A stretch of 64,000 bases of DNA, from assembly GCA_963796285.1 (NCBI GenBank), contig CAWCKW010000012.1, positions 512,001 to 576,000 of the forward strand, given 5' to 3'. The position numbers were made by a program, and so were the translations under genes. Under the pieces are notes generated by a model, which worked only from the letters and a program-made list of their open reading frames with translations, was not told the origin of the DNA and searched no databases. Shown piece after piece: positions 41,281 through 52,761 of the stretch. The stretch comes from Nitrospirota bacterium (GTDB lineage Bacteria; Nitrospirota; UBA9217). Positions within the stretch are counted from its first letter, which is position 1. Every line of letters begins with the position of its first letter.

Positions 41281-42009
41281 CTAGTTCACTTTTTGCCAGA
41301 TGCATGTTTCTGAAAAATGATACAGATAGGGGAATAAACCGAAATAGTCGTGTTTCTTCCATTTATTGTTCCCTGCTGTATCATGGATAAACGAATAGTA
41401 TGGTGTTTCGGCATTATCCAGGATTAAGTAGCCGCCTTGCTTGATCTTGCTCTCCGCATGTTTAAAACAGGAAGGTCTGGCTCTCCCGTCGATGAATACG
41501 ATGTCAAAATATCCGTCGGGATAGCTGTTGATGCTTGAAGCATATTCCCGGAAAGACATACCGCGGTACTGTTCATCGCCGGAACTATATGAATCCGGAT
41601 CAGATGCGTTCTGGACGGCTGCCGGTGCCGGCACGGGCTCGAAGAGGCGAAGGTTGCAGTTCGACAATCCCTTCTTGATGATTTCCTCACTGACTTTCAG
41701 GTACCAGTCCTTATTATGCTCGGTCGATATCACTTCCTGTACTCTTGCTGCAAAAAAGAGGGTGGACCCGCCTGAACCATATTCATAAACCCGCATATCT
41801 TTCCTGAGTATACTTTCCAAAAACCGTATTGCTACAAATGCTATCCATGGTTGTTCGTCAAGAATTGGCGATCTATTATTATCCAAGCTTGACCACCAAG
41901 CAGGGAAATATCTCGCCAAATCAACTACGTTAACCTGTTTCGGGTTCATCAAAAGCAGCTTAAGGGTTTCCGTTGAAAACGAATATACTTTTGAAAATAA
42001 TTTAGCCAT
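41281..42009 (-). CDS. Putative SAM-dependent methyltransferase
   Basis: VYEYGSGGSTLFF, STEHNKDW, FIDGRAR, ILDNAE. Confidence 0.8.
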   Translation of the reverse strand: MAKLFSKVYSFSTETLKLLLMNPKQVNVVDLARYFPAWWSSLDNNRSPILDEQPWIAFVAIRFLESILRKDMRVYEYGSGGSTLFFAARVQEVISTEHNKDWYLKVSEEIIKKGLSNCNLRLFEPVPAPAAVQNASDPDSYSSGDEQYRGMSFREYASSINSYPDGYFDIVFIDGRARPSCFKHAESKIKQGGYLILDNAETPYYSFIHDTAGNNKWKKHDYFGLFPYLYHFSETCIWQKVN

Positions 42010-42016
42010 ATTTTGT

Positions 42017-43351
42017 TTACCAGAATTTTGGGTAAGCCAAGGCTCTCGTTAGCATAAAACCTGTTTTGCGAAGAGGCTTCAAGAAAAAGCACGACCCGTG
42101 CGCAGCCAGCCAATATGCAATGAAGGATGCAATTGCCGCTCCCATACCTCCGTAATGCGGGATCAAGATATAATTCAAAATAACATTGACGACGCAGCCC
42201 ATAAACACAGTTAGCAAATGGATTTTGGTCAAATTCATGGCCATGAGAAAAGAACTTCTCGCGACTCCGATGATTACGAACATCCCTGCCCATATTAAGA
42301 GCGCAAGCATGGATCCGGAACGACTGTAAGCTGCACCGAATAAGAGGTTGACCAGCAAGCTCGACATGAATGTCAGAGGCAGGGCGATGGCATATCCAAC
42401 GAAAGCCATCAAATTGTATAGCTTCTGCAAACGGTCGTAAAAAAGCTCATCACCTAGAGCCCGGGCTTCAATAATGCTTGGGTAAACAGAGGAACAAATG
42501 ACCAGCGGTATGAAATACCATGCTTCAGCAATACGGACCGCTGCTGAATATATTCCGACCTCTTTTGCATTTACCATCTCACCCAGCATAACTTGATCGA
42601 TTCGGAGGTAAATCGTACCGACAATGCCGGAAAAAATCAGCGGCCAACTGTCGCGAAGCAGTTCTTTTGCCACTGCCAGACTTGCGCGCCAGGCCCTTAG
42701 ATGATGTTTGTTGATCCTATAGGCGACGATCAGGCCCAGGGAGCCAAGAGCAATCTCGGCAAGTCCCGTCCATGCAAAGGCTATAAGCGGCGCATGCAAG
42801 CTGATCAAGACGATCTTACAGATGCTGATGAGAAGAAACGCAGTATTTTTACTTACCACCGTATACTTTGACTTAACTTGCGATTGAAACCAGTAATCAA
42901 TAGTGTCAAATGCCTGGAAAATCATGCCGGCAGCGGTAATGCCCACAAGCCACTGGGTCAGACTATCGGCCGGACGGAGGAGAATGATTGCTGCCATTGT
43001 TGCCGCGAATGCCGTTGCACCGCCGATAAGTTTCAGCACGAACACCGTGCCGAGAATTTTATCCTTTAATGAAGAATCACGGACAATGTTTCGTACAGCG
43101 ATGCTGTCCATACCCAGATTCGCTAACGAAGAGAAGAGGAGAACAAAAGCAAGGGCGAAGCTTAACTGTCCGAATTGATCCGGGCCGAGATAGCGGGCGA
43201 TCCAGACACCGACAAAAAGCCCGACACCCATCCTCAGAACATTATCAAAGAACAACCAACTGGTATTGCTGATTACATTCTGCAGGTAATGGCGTCCTTC
43301 AACCTTAACTCTGATAAAATCCGGTAGGAATCTGATCCAACTTTGTTTCAT
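42017..43351 (-). CDS. wzx: Wzx polysaccharide flippase
   Basis: NTSWL, IARYLGPDQFG, YLRIDQVML, VGIYSAAVR, LIPHYGGMGAA; about 12 hydrophobic segments. Confidence 0.92.
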   Translation of the reverse strand: MKQSWIRFLPDFIRVKVEGRHYLQNVISNTSWLFFDNVLRMGVGLFVGVWIARYLGPDQFGQLSFALAFVLLFSSLANLGMDSIAVRNIVRDSSLKDKILGTVFVLKLIGGATAFAATMAAIILLRPADSLTQWLVGITAAGMIFQAFDTIDYWFQSQVKSKYTVVSKNTAFLLISICKIVLISLHAPLIAFAWTGLAEIALGSLGLIVAYRINKHHLRAWRASLAVAKELLRDSWPLIFSGIVGTIYLRIDQVMLGEMVNAKEVGIYSAAVRIAEAWYFIPLVICSSVYPSIIEARALGDELFYDRLQKLYNLMAFVGYAIALPLTFMSSLLVNLLFGAAYSRSGSMLALLIWAGMFVIIGVARSSFLMAMNLTKIHLLTVFMGCVVNVILNYILIPHYGGMGAAIASFIAYWLAAHGSCFFLKPLRKTGFMLTRALAYPKFW

Positions 43352-43592
43352 TGTGCCCTTAAGATAAAAAATCAAAATGACCGTCTGAATTCACTCGTGA
43401 TCCGTCCGGGGTAACGTACCAATGACGTCCTGAAACATCACATTCACTGTTTACAGCATCCCGGACAATCAGTGGTCCAGGGCCGGGCAGAAGGGCTGCT
43501 GAATATCGACGTTCTCCCTTTCCGTTCTCGACGATACGGTTGTCCTATTTTATCAGAATCCTCATTCCTCTTGCTTAGCGTGTTTGTAAAGA

Positions 43593-43925
43593 CTATTTCA
43601 TCTTCCTGAAGGTGTCATTTTGAAGGACAAGGGCATCACTTCCTTCAAGCCTTCCCTCCGCTGTCGCCGGAGCAGGGGCTCCCGGCACAGTCACCTCAAC
43701 CCTGAACTGCTTATTGCCAAGCATCGTCCACTTGAAAGGAAGGTCGGCGGGAATATTGATCTGCGTTCTTTGATGAATGATCCCGGTCTTGTCGCTGTTA
43801 AATTCCATGCTGCTCGATGTTTTTTCATTGATCCAGGTGCCGACTAATTTGGCTTCCGGTTTGCTGCAAGCAAAAACAGACAGCAGGCAAAGCAGTATTG
43901 CGAGGCTGGTAATGGCTGATCTCAT
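43593..43925 (-). CDS. Small lipoprotein (lipocalin-like LVGTW motif)
   Basis: Lipobox VFAC, KLVGTW and a beta-rich body. Confidence 0.65.
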   Translation of the reverse strand: MRSAITSLAILLCLLSVFACSKPEAKLVGTWINEKTSSSMEFNSDKTGIIHQRTQINIPADLPFKWTMLGNKQFRVEVTVPGAPAPATAEGRLEGSDALVLQNDTFRKMK

Positions 43926-44018
43926 GGTCTTCCTCTCTCAAGATAAAAATTATGTAAGCAACCATGCGGCCGCGAACAAGGACTGATATTTTCTTCTGCA
44001 AGTTACCGGAAGCGCCGC

Positions 44019-45053
44019 TTATCTTCTCCCCGTTATCTTCTGCTCCCACCGCCAGGCATCGGCCACGATCGTCCTGAGATCGTCATAGCGTGGCGTCCAT
44101 CCCAGCACGTGCCTGATGCGGTCCGCTTTTGCGATCAGGGTGGGCGGGTCCCCGGGCCGCTTGGCTTTCTCTTGGACGGGAAACTTCACCCCGGTCACGC
44201 TGCGGGTGATCTCGATGACTTCCTTCACGCTGAACCCTCTGCCGTACCCGACGTTCAGGGTCGTCGATGAGCCTTTTGCCTCGAGATAGGTGAGCGCGTC
44301 GAGATGGGCTGCGGCAAGATCCTCCACATGGATGTAGTCGCGTATGCACGTGCCGTCGGGTGTGGGGTAATCAGTGCCGTACACCGTAATGCTCTCGCGT
44401 TCCCCTTTGGCCGCCTTCAAAATCAGCGGTATCAAATGAGTCTCGGGTGAGTGCCGTTCGCCGATTCTTCCCTGCGGATCGGCGCCCGCCACGTTAAAAT
44501 ACCGGAGAGCCACATACCGCAAGCCATGAGCGTGCGCGATGTCCCTCAGGACCTGCTCGATCATCAGCTTCGAGGAGCCGTAGGGGTTGATCGGAAGCGT
44601 CGGGGAATCCTCGCCTGCGATCCCGTTCTGCGGGATGCCGTAGACCGCCGCGGTGCTCGAGAAAATAAACCGCTCCACTCCGGTCCGGATGCAGGCGTCG
44701 AGCAGGTTCACGGTGTTCGCCGTGTTGTTCTTGTAGTATTTGAGCGGAACGGTAACGGATTCGGGGGCCACGATGGACGCGGCAAAGTGCAAGACCGTCT
44801 TTATCCCGAAACGTGCGACGGCCGTTTCGATCGCCGCCTGGTCCGCCAGATCGGCCCTGATCAATTCCTCGTTGTGGATGAGCGCGTCGGCGAATCCCGT
44901 GGAAAGATTGTCAAAGACCACTACCCGGCAGCCCGCTTCGCTCAATTGCCGGACCACGTGGCTGCCGATGTAGCCTGCGCCGCCGGTCACCAGTACCGCA
45001 TCGTGCTTTTTGGTATCAGTGGGTGACATCGTGCGGGTTACTCCATTGCTCAC
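44019..45053 (-). CDS. galE: UDP-glucose 4-epimerase
   Basis: VTGGAGYIGSH, FSSTAAVYG, YGSSK, LRYFNVAGA, DGTCIRDYIHV. Confidence 0.95.
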   Translation of the reverse strand: MSNGVTRTMSPTDTKKHDAVLVTGGAGYIGSHVVRQLSEAGCRVVVFDNLSTGFADALIHNEELIRADLADQAAIETAVARFGIKTVLHFAASIVAPESVTVPLKYYKNNTANTVNLLDACIRTGVERFIFSSTAAVYGIPQNGIAGEDSPTLPINPYGSSKLMIEQVLRDIAHAHGLRYVALRYFNVAGADPQGRIGERHSPETHLIPLILKAAKGERESITVYGTDYPTPDGTCIRDYIHVEDLAAAHLDALTYLEAKGSSTTLNVGYGRGFSVKEVIEITRSVTGVKFPVQEKAKRPGDPPTLIAKADRIRHVLGWTPRYDDLRTIVADAWRWEQKITGRR

Positions 45054-45658
45054 GTCAAGACCGACCGGATCGACCCCTTGTCGACGCCGGCATCCGTGAG
45101 CTGTTTGAACAGTTGTTTGCGTTTCAAATAGGATGTGATGACAACAACGTCATAGCGCATGTCCAGAATGGCCGGGACCGGCCGTACCGGCCTGCCGAAG
45201 AAGTCATTTCCCGCCAGGTCCCCGTCGACGACATCGACGAGCTCGATGTGGGTCTCCTGCAAGGTGATGTAGGCGATCTCTGCGGTCTCATCGGCGCCGG
45301 CGAAGATGACGGTTTTCATGCCTCTGGCTTCTAACTCGTGGAAGAGCTGCTTGAAGTTTCTGCGTGCCTCGCGGTAAACCCGGGTGTAGTCATGGAGAAG
45401 GTCGTAGGTGAGCCGCGTCTTTTCCGAGAAGCCCTTTGGAGTCAGGTAATAGGCATAGCGTTTCGTTGGAATCGTTTTTATCGTTATGAATCCTTTTTTT
45501 ATGAGGTTCTTGATGTAGGAGTTTACGAGTCCGAGGGCGATGCCGAGACGGCTGCTGAGGTCCCGCTGGGTGAGGGAATCGTTATTGGAAAGCTCGTCCA
45601 ATATCTGGAGAGAACGGTACGGTTCAGTCCCGAATGGGGATGGTCTTTCGGCGTTCAT
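45050..45658 (-). CDS. EPS-associated MarR-type winged-helix regulator with a C-terminal Rossmann-like domain
   Basis: TQRDLSSRLGIALGLVN...YYLTPKGFSEK; first gene of the glycan operon. Confidence 0.85.
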   Translation of the reverse strand: MNAERPSPFGTEPYRSLQILDELSNNDSLTQRDLSSRLGIALGLVNSYIKNLIKKGFITIKTIPTKRYAYYLTPKGFSEKTRLTYDLLHDYTRVYREARRNFKQLFHELEARGMKTVIFAGADETAEIAYITLQETHIELVDVVDGDLAGNDFFGRPVRPVPAILDMRYDVVVITSYLKRKQLFKQLTDAGVDKGSIRSVLT

Positions 45659-45693
45659 AATGTGAACATACCATGAACCCCTTGTTTAGTCAA
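45653..45693 (-). promoter_or_regulatory. Leaderless sigma70 promoter overlapped by the palindrome GTTCA-N5-TGAAC
   Basis: TTGACT-17 bp-TATGTT-6 bp-ATG; the inverted repeat at 45653-45667 spans the -10, predicted TSS and ATG. Confidence 0.6.
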
Positions 45694-45796
45694 TACATAA
45701 TTTAAAAATAATCTTTACTCTCCTCCGGTATGATGCTATCATTGCTCACTGGATATCAGCGATACCGATGCTGTTTTGCGTGGGAGCGTTCGATCT

Positions 45797-46840
<1,044 letters not shown>

Positions 46841-46871
46841 ATCCGAATTTATCCGTGGCTAATTTCATTTT

Positions 46872-46889
46872 TGCTATACTATCATCATG
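46872..46889 (+). promoter_or_regulatory. Extended -10 promoter, predicts a leaderless GDPD transcript
   Basis: TG-C-TATACT-6 bp-ATG; no Shine-Dalgarno sequence. Confidence 0.5.
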
Positions 46890-47597
46890 CCCACTCCCCT
46901 TGTGATCGCCCACCGCGGTGATTCTTCCAACGCCCTTGAAAATTCCCTTGAAGCCATACACCGCGCATTATCCCTGCCGGTGGACATGATCGAGATCGAC
47001 ATCCGCAAGAGCCGTGACAATGACCTCTATGTGATGCACGATAAATTGACCGGCAGGACAGCTGAAAAAGAATATCAATATAGAACGGGCTACCTCCGAT
47101 GAAGATCGCCGGCTGCAGGCTTAACAACAAGGAACCGGTTCCGACCCTTACCCACGTCATCAAGGCTGGTGGCGGCAGTTCGCGGGCTGAACCTCGAGAT
47201 CAAAAGCGACGGCGCGGGGGCTGTTGACAGCGCAGTACTCTTGCCTCGTCCGGCTACGACGGATATGTCTTGCTGTCGTCTTTCAAGGAAGAAGAGGTCC
47301 TTGCTGTTCGCCGGGCGATGCCGTCGATGCCGACGTCGCTGATCTTTGACGTCTTTTCGGCACGGGATGTCCCTTCGTATAAAGAACAGGGATATCGGAT
47401 CATCAGCCTGCGGAAAAAGACCGTGAGCGAAAAACTTGTTGATGCCTGCCATGAGCAGGGGATCGATGATGTATGTCTGGACCCTTGATGATGAGGACGA
47501 GATGCGGAAGTTCATTTCCTGGGGCGTGGACGGGATCTATTCCAACAAACCCGCGGTCCTGAAAAATCTCTTGCAGAGTGTAGAGTATCGTAACTAA
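46887..47597 (+). CDS. Glycerophosphodiester phosphodiesterase (several frameshifts)
   Basis: IAHRG, LENSL, IEIDI, VMHD, NLEIK, SSF, VWT and GVDGI across frames. Confidence 0.85.
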
Positions 47598-47654
47598 AGA
47601 ATTAAAATCTTCTAAAAATGGATAGCAATAGTAAGACGAAAATGAAAACCATTA

Positions 47655-47810
47655 TCTCGCGCAAAGTCGACCCTGCTGTTGCCAAGGCGCGGGCACGGAA
47701 AGGCCGCAAAGAACGGCAAAAAGGGATCATAGTTTTAAATCAGGACGTACAAGTTATCCTTTGCGAGCTTTGCGGCTCAGTGTGGCCCTGTTCTTGGCCA
47801 TTGCGCGAAA
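47655..47810. repeat. CGCAAAG-family hairpin carrying a mini-element insertion
   Basis: TCTCGCGCAAAGTCG[ACCCTGCTGTTGCCAAGGCGCGGGCACGG]AAAGGCCGCAAAG ... TTTGCGAGCTTTGCGGC...TTGCGCGAAA. Confidence 0.75.
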
Positions 47811-47876
47811 ATGATTTGCCTGATTTCCGGCTTGTCCGGGTTAGGAATTATTCAATCAGAACATTAGGAGAACCGT

Positions 47877-49488
47877 TTGCCGGAGAGCGCTCCATTACAG
47901 CATGACCAGGTCTTCGACCTAATCGTCATCGGCGGCGGCATCACCGGCGCAGGCGTGGCGCGGGACGCGGCGCTGCGGGGGCTGTCGTGCCTGTTGCTCG
48001 AAAAGGGAGACTTCGCGTCAGGGGTGACCTCCAAGTCCACCCGCCTGATCCACGGCGGGCTCCGGTATCTTGCCAACTTCGAGATGGACCTGGTGGCCGA
48101 GTCCCTTCGCGAGCGCGCTATCCTTCGCAAACAGGCCCCCTACCTTATACACCCCATGCCGATCCTCATTCCCATCTACCAGGGAGATCCGCACGGAAGG
48201 GCGGTGCATGTCCCTCGGCATTCATCTCTACGATCTGCTGTCCCATGAAAAGGACATCCCGCACTATTTCACCTCCAACAGGGAAACGACCCTGGGCTTT
48301 GAACCGCGTTTGAACCAGGAAGGGCTCATCGGCAGCGCATTGTTCTACGACCACCAGATCATCATGCCCGAGCGGCTGGTGATCGAGAACATCATCTCCG
48401 CGCGTGCGGCAGGGGCCCGGCTCTTGAACTATGTCCGGGCTGAAAAGATCGAGGAGACGACAATGGCATTGTCGTTACTGCGAAGGACACACTCACGGGA
48501 ACGTCCTCCACGTACCGGTCCAAGGTCCTGATCAATGCCGCGGGCCCCTGGATCGACACGGTGAGGCAGGCAGGGGATATTGACCACGCAAAGATCATCT
48601 TTCCGACAAAAGGGATCCATCTCGTGCTGCCGAAGCTCTCGGACCAGGCGCTGTTCGTCACGTCGCGCGATGGAAGGATGTTCTTCATTATTCCGTTCGG
48701 CGCCTAGCTCGCTGATCGGGACCACCGATACGAAATACTCCGGCGACCTTGACGAAGTGCATGCTGACCAGGATGACGTGGATTACCTGCTCACCGAGAG
48801 CAGACGCATCCTGCCGAAGATGAACCTGACGAAAGAGGCCATCCTTTATACCTACGCGGGCATTCGGCCGCTCGCGTTCTCAGGCAAGGACGAAACCAAA
48901 ATATCGCGCAAGCACCGGGTCATTCAAGAGGGACGGCACCACAGGATCATCACGATCGCGGGCGGCAAGCTTACCACCTATCGCAACATGGCAAAGGACG
49001 TAGTCGATGCGGCGTGCAGGGTGCTGGGGAACAGGACGCAGTGCGTTACGGACAAAAACCCCCTTCCCGGCGGCCTGCCTATGGACTATGACACCTATGT
49101 AAAAGAGGAATTGCCGGTAGTATCGGCTCATTATCATGTATCGCATGAGCTTGTTCGCCATTTGATCGGCTTTTACGGGTCCAGGACCGGCGGCGTACTG
49201 GAACTTATTTTAGAAGATCCGGCGCTGGCGGAAACCATATCACCGGAGAGCAGGGATATCTGTGCCCAGGTTGCCTACAGCATCAGGGAAGAAGGGGCGA
49301 GGACGCTTTCGGACATCATCCTCCGAAGAATACATGTTGGTATGACCGGTTCGCGCGGTATCCATCAGGCCCCCAAAATAGCCGAGATTGCGGCAAAAGA
49401 GCTTCAGTGGAACGAAGATGAGAAACAGCATCAGATCGAAGAATTCAAAAAAGCGTTGAACAAGGAGCTTGCGTGTTTAATAGGATGA
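47877..49488 (+). CDS. glpD: FAD-dependent glycerol-3-phosphate dehydrogenase (frameshifted)
   Basis: IGGGITGAG, TSKSTRLIHGGLRYL, INAAGPW, IGTTD, YAGIRPL, GGKLTTYR. Confidence 0.92.
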
Positions 49489-49524
49489 TAAAAGTATTTT
49501 GAAAAACCGGAGAGGCAAGTATGA

Positions 49525-49818
49525 AACCACACCCTGCTCTTGCGAAACGCGGGTGCAGGCAGAGGTCACCGAGGGATTTAGGGTGAAAACCTGGACGTGG
49601 TGAGATCAATAGTTCGGTAAGATGATCTATGAACTCCTGGTTAAGGGGTCAAGAACAAGATTAGAAACATTGGTTAATAAGAGGGACACAGAGGGGAGGA
49701 AGGTCGAATATGTCTTTACCCCCGGCATTCAAGCTGTTCTCTGTGGACTCTGTGGTTAGATTTTGACAATAGTATTGAAAACCGGAAAGGAACGTTTTCT
49801 CTGCGTACTCTGTGGTTA
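49525..49818. repeat. Compound ACCACAGAG-family hairpin region with a mini-element splitting the left terminus
   Basis: AACCAC[ACCCTGCTCTTGCGAAACGCGGGTGCAGGC]AGAGG; right arms CTCTGTGGACTCTGTGGTT and CTCTGCGTACTCTGTGGTT. Confidence 0.75.
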
Positions 49819-49852
49819 ATTTTGGCTTGACACATAACGAGGAGGTATCTCC

Positions 49853-50323
49853 ATGGCTATCAATTGGGCGCACGTGCATATCATGATCAACCATATCCCG
49901 GTCATAGGTTTAATGGGAATTCTTCTGCTTCTCCTGTATGCCGTGTTCAGAAGGAGCGAAGAAGTGAAGATGGTAAGCTTTGGAGCGCTTGTTCTGATCG
50001 CATTGATGACAATTGCCGTGTTCTTTACCGGACAGGCTGCCGAGGACATTGCAAAAAAGATCCCCGGAGTAACAGAAAATGATATCGGCAGACATGAAGA
50101 GGCTGCCGACCTGTCACTGACAGGTATTGAAGCGTCTGGAACGCTTGCGCTTGTCGGTCTTATTCTCCTGCGCCGCAGGGGTTCCATTCCGAAGTGGAAC
50201 GTCATTGCCGTACTTGTTTTATCGATCATCTCGACGATTATCGTACTCTATACAGCTAATCTCGGCGGAGAGATCAGGCATACGGAGATTCGCGGTCCTG
50301 GTTCAATCTTCCTGGCTCATTAG
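49853..50323 (+). CDS. 4-TM membrane protein, DUF2231-like with conserved histidines
   Basis: GAGGAGG RBS; WAHVHIMINHIP, TGQAAE, HEEAA, GGEIRHTEIR. Confidence 0.7.
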   Translation: MAINWAHVHIMINHIPVIGLMGILLLLLYAVFRRSEEVKMVSFGALVLIALMTIAVFFTGQAAEDIAKKIPGVTENDIGRHEEAADLSLTGIEASGTLALVGLILLRRRGSIPKWNVIAVLVLSIISTIIVLYTANLGGEIRHTEIRGPGSIFLAH

Positions 50324-50386
50324 CAATGGGTGAACCCAGTATGACGTGCAAATGGCAATGATCATTCAATATCCGGAGGTCGTACT

Positions 50387-51286
50387 ATGGCGCAGTTGAT
50401 GAAGGGCGGGGAACTTTCTTCGAACATCATAGCAGCGGTCAAAGCCGAGACCAGCAGGCTCGCGAAGCACGGGATACGCGCCGGCCTGGCGCTTGTGCTC
50501 GTGGGCGATGACAAGTCCTCGTTCATGTACTATCAGGCGATCCAGAGCTCGGCGGTCCGCGCGGGGATCGATATTTTCAACCACACCCTTCCTGCCGACG
50601 CGTCCCTGAATGAAATACTGAACCTCATCAAGACGCTGAACAACGATGAGCGGGCAAATGGCATTCTGGTCTTCATGCCGCTGCCGCGCCATATCGATAC
50701 CCGGAAGGTCGTAAATGCCATCGTGCCGGAGAAAGACGTGGACGGTCAGGGCGCTATTTCCGTCGGCAGGCTTTCGGCGGATGAATCAACGTCACAGCTG
50801 TTCGAGCCGAAATTCACCCTCTCGGTCAGGTCCACGTTCCTGCCCTGTACGCCCTACGGCGTGATGCGGATGCTGGAGCACTACGGTATCGAGCCGAAGG
50901 GCAAGAAGGTCGTGATCGTGGGCAAAAGCCTTGCGGTAGGCAAGCCGCTTGCCATGATGATGCTGGTCAAGGAGGCGACGATCACGGTCTGCCACCGCGA
51001 GACACGCGACCTCGGTGTCGAGACCCGGCAGGCCGATATCCTCTGCACGGCCACGGGGAGGCCGGGCCTGATCAAGGCTGAGATGGTGAAGGAGGGCGCG
51101 ATCGTCGTGGACATCGGGATCAACGTCATGCCTGACGGCGCGACAGTTGGAGATGTTGATTTTGACGCTGTTTCAAGAAAGGCATCTTTAATTACGCCGG
51201 TCCCCGGCGGCGTGGGACCGGTGACCATCGCTATTCTGCTCAAGAATACCGTGATCTCGGCAAAGAGAATGGTGGGGGTGGGGTGA
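50387..51286 (+). CDS. folD: FolD-family methylenetetrahydrofolate dehydrogenase with a degenerate cyclohydrolase site
   Basis: KDVDG, PCTPYGV, VGKPLA, VDIGIN, GDVDF, TPVPGGVGPVT; the YxxxK Lys and GILVQ Gln are replaced. Confidence 0.88.
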   Translation: MAQLMKGGELSSNIIAAVKAETSRLAKHGIRAGLALVLVGDDKSSFMYYQAIQSSAVRAGIDIFNHTLPADASLNEILNLIKTLNNDERANGILVFMPLPRHIDTRKVVNAIVPEKDVDGQGAISVGRLSADESTSQLFEPKFTLSVRSTFLPCTPYGVMRMLEHYGIEPKGKKVVIVGKSLAVGKPLAMMMLVKEATITVCHRETRDLGVETRQADILCTATGRPGLIKAEMVKEGAIVVDIGINVMPDGATVGDVDFDAVSRKASLITPVPGGVGPVTIAILLKNTVISAKRMVGVG

Positions 51287-51299
51287 GGTGAGAAGCGAA

Positions 51300-51387
51300 G
51301 GAGTCAGTAGTCAGAAGCCAGAAGTCAGATGAACAGCAAGAATCGTTTGTCGCCTTCCGCATGCTGTCTCCTGACTCCTGACTCCTG
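51300..51387. repeat. Heptamer-arm element (AGTCAGG / CCTGACT)
   Basis: GGAGTCAGTAGTCAGAAGCCAGAAGTCAGA ... TCTCCTGACTCCTGACTCCTG, between convergent genes. Confidence 0.8.
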
Positions 51388-51396
51388 TTGTATCGG

Positions 51397-52576
51397 CTAT
51401 TTCGGCGTGACCTTCAACTCCAGCGATTGGCCGTCGAGCCCACAACTTCCACGGAGAAGGCGCCGAAGTTCCTGAGGAGGATCTCATCCGAGAGCGTCTG
51501 CGCGCTGTTCTTCGAGTCCACCGAAATCTTTGCCGTTGTCCCGTTGAAGCTCCTTTCATGCAGGTCTTTGATGCCGCGAACCTGGTTCAGGAGCACGTCC
51601 TTGAATTTTGCGAACTGGGTCCTTGTTCAGGCCAATGATGGTGATATTAACGGACCGGGTGCCCCCGGTTTCCTTTGCATAGACCGCAAGGATCTTTTCG
51701 ATCATTTCATCAGCGGCCTGGTTCGAGGCTTTCCTGAGGGCGTCGGTCCCGGCAGCGACCTCCGAGATATGCACCGCAGCGGCATGGGTCGTGGCTGTGG
51801 CAATGACCTGGCCGGTATCAATGCGCACGGCCCTGGCGGAAAGGTCCGCCTGTACCGATCTCATTCCGCCTCCGATCTCACCATAGAGCTTGGCAGCAGC
51901 CTTACCGATGATCACGACCTCGGCGTCCGCCTGGGCGGCAAGCGTCCTGGCCTGGGCAACGGAAAGGTCCTGTACCCGGCAGGCCCCGGTCACCTTGATC
52001 TCCTTTAGCCGCGATCTCGTGGTCGATGAACTCAAATCCCTTTTCCGTGAATTTATCCATGAAGGTGTTCTCGACCACGCTGATATCGGTCTGCTCGCCA
52101 TGCGCCCCCAGCCACCAGGCAGCGACCCCGTGCCCGATGTTCTGCTCCGCCACCATGACCATGGTCCGGGGTTTGTGCATTCGGCCGAGGAGGATCCCGA
52201 TGCCCGAGAGGTCGTGCGTCAGCTGGCCGAGGGCGACTTCCGCGTTGATGCGGACGCGCAGCAAACCGCTGTCAACCGTCTCACTGGTGACATCGTAACG
52301 TTTGATGTAACCCCTGGTCTGTGACAGGATCTTGTCGCTGATGAGCTGGTAGTTCTCGACCTGGGTCTGTGAGTCGATCAGGATGCCTATCGCCTGTTCC
52401 ACGGCCCGCTTCTGGGCATCCTCAAGCGCGGCGTCTCGGGCCATGTCGCGGGCGTTGCCCTGGATCGCGGCCACGCCTTCAGACGTAACGGTCCTCGATT
52501 CCTGTGCGACCGCCGGGAGTGCCGGTGCCGTAGCGACGAGAACCACCATGCACAACGATTTCACGAGACGGATCAT
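51397..52576 (-). CDS. Exported FlgT N-terminal-like domain protein (frameshifted)
   Basis: Signal peptide and EGVAAI...ARDAALEDAQKRAVEQAIG..IDSQTQVEN...GYIKRY. Confidence 0.65.
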
Positions 52577-52761
52577 TCTGTCCACCTCCCGGGATCTTTT
52601 CGATAGAGCAAATATACCAGAGGCGCTGAACAGGGTCAAGGCTCTACTCCATCGCTTTCGCGTGCTGGCAACGGTCCCGTTGCAAACAAATTTTCTGGAT
52701 ATTTGAATAGAGAGATGATAGAATCAAATCACAAGGGATCTCATTCAGGAGGTAGTGCTGC

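Noticed and set aside
43376-43592. ops/JUMPstart element upstream of wzx
   Set aside because: No GGCGGTAG was found on the coding strand.
47618-47905. 95-aa ORF (MDSNSKTK...)
   Set aside because: It is a translation of the hairpin repeat and its insert, with no protein-like motif.
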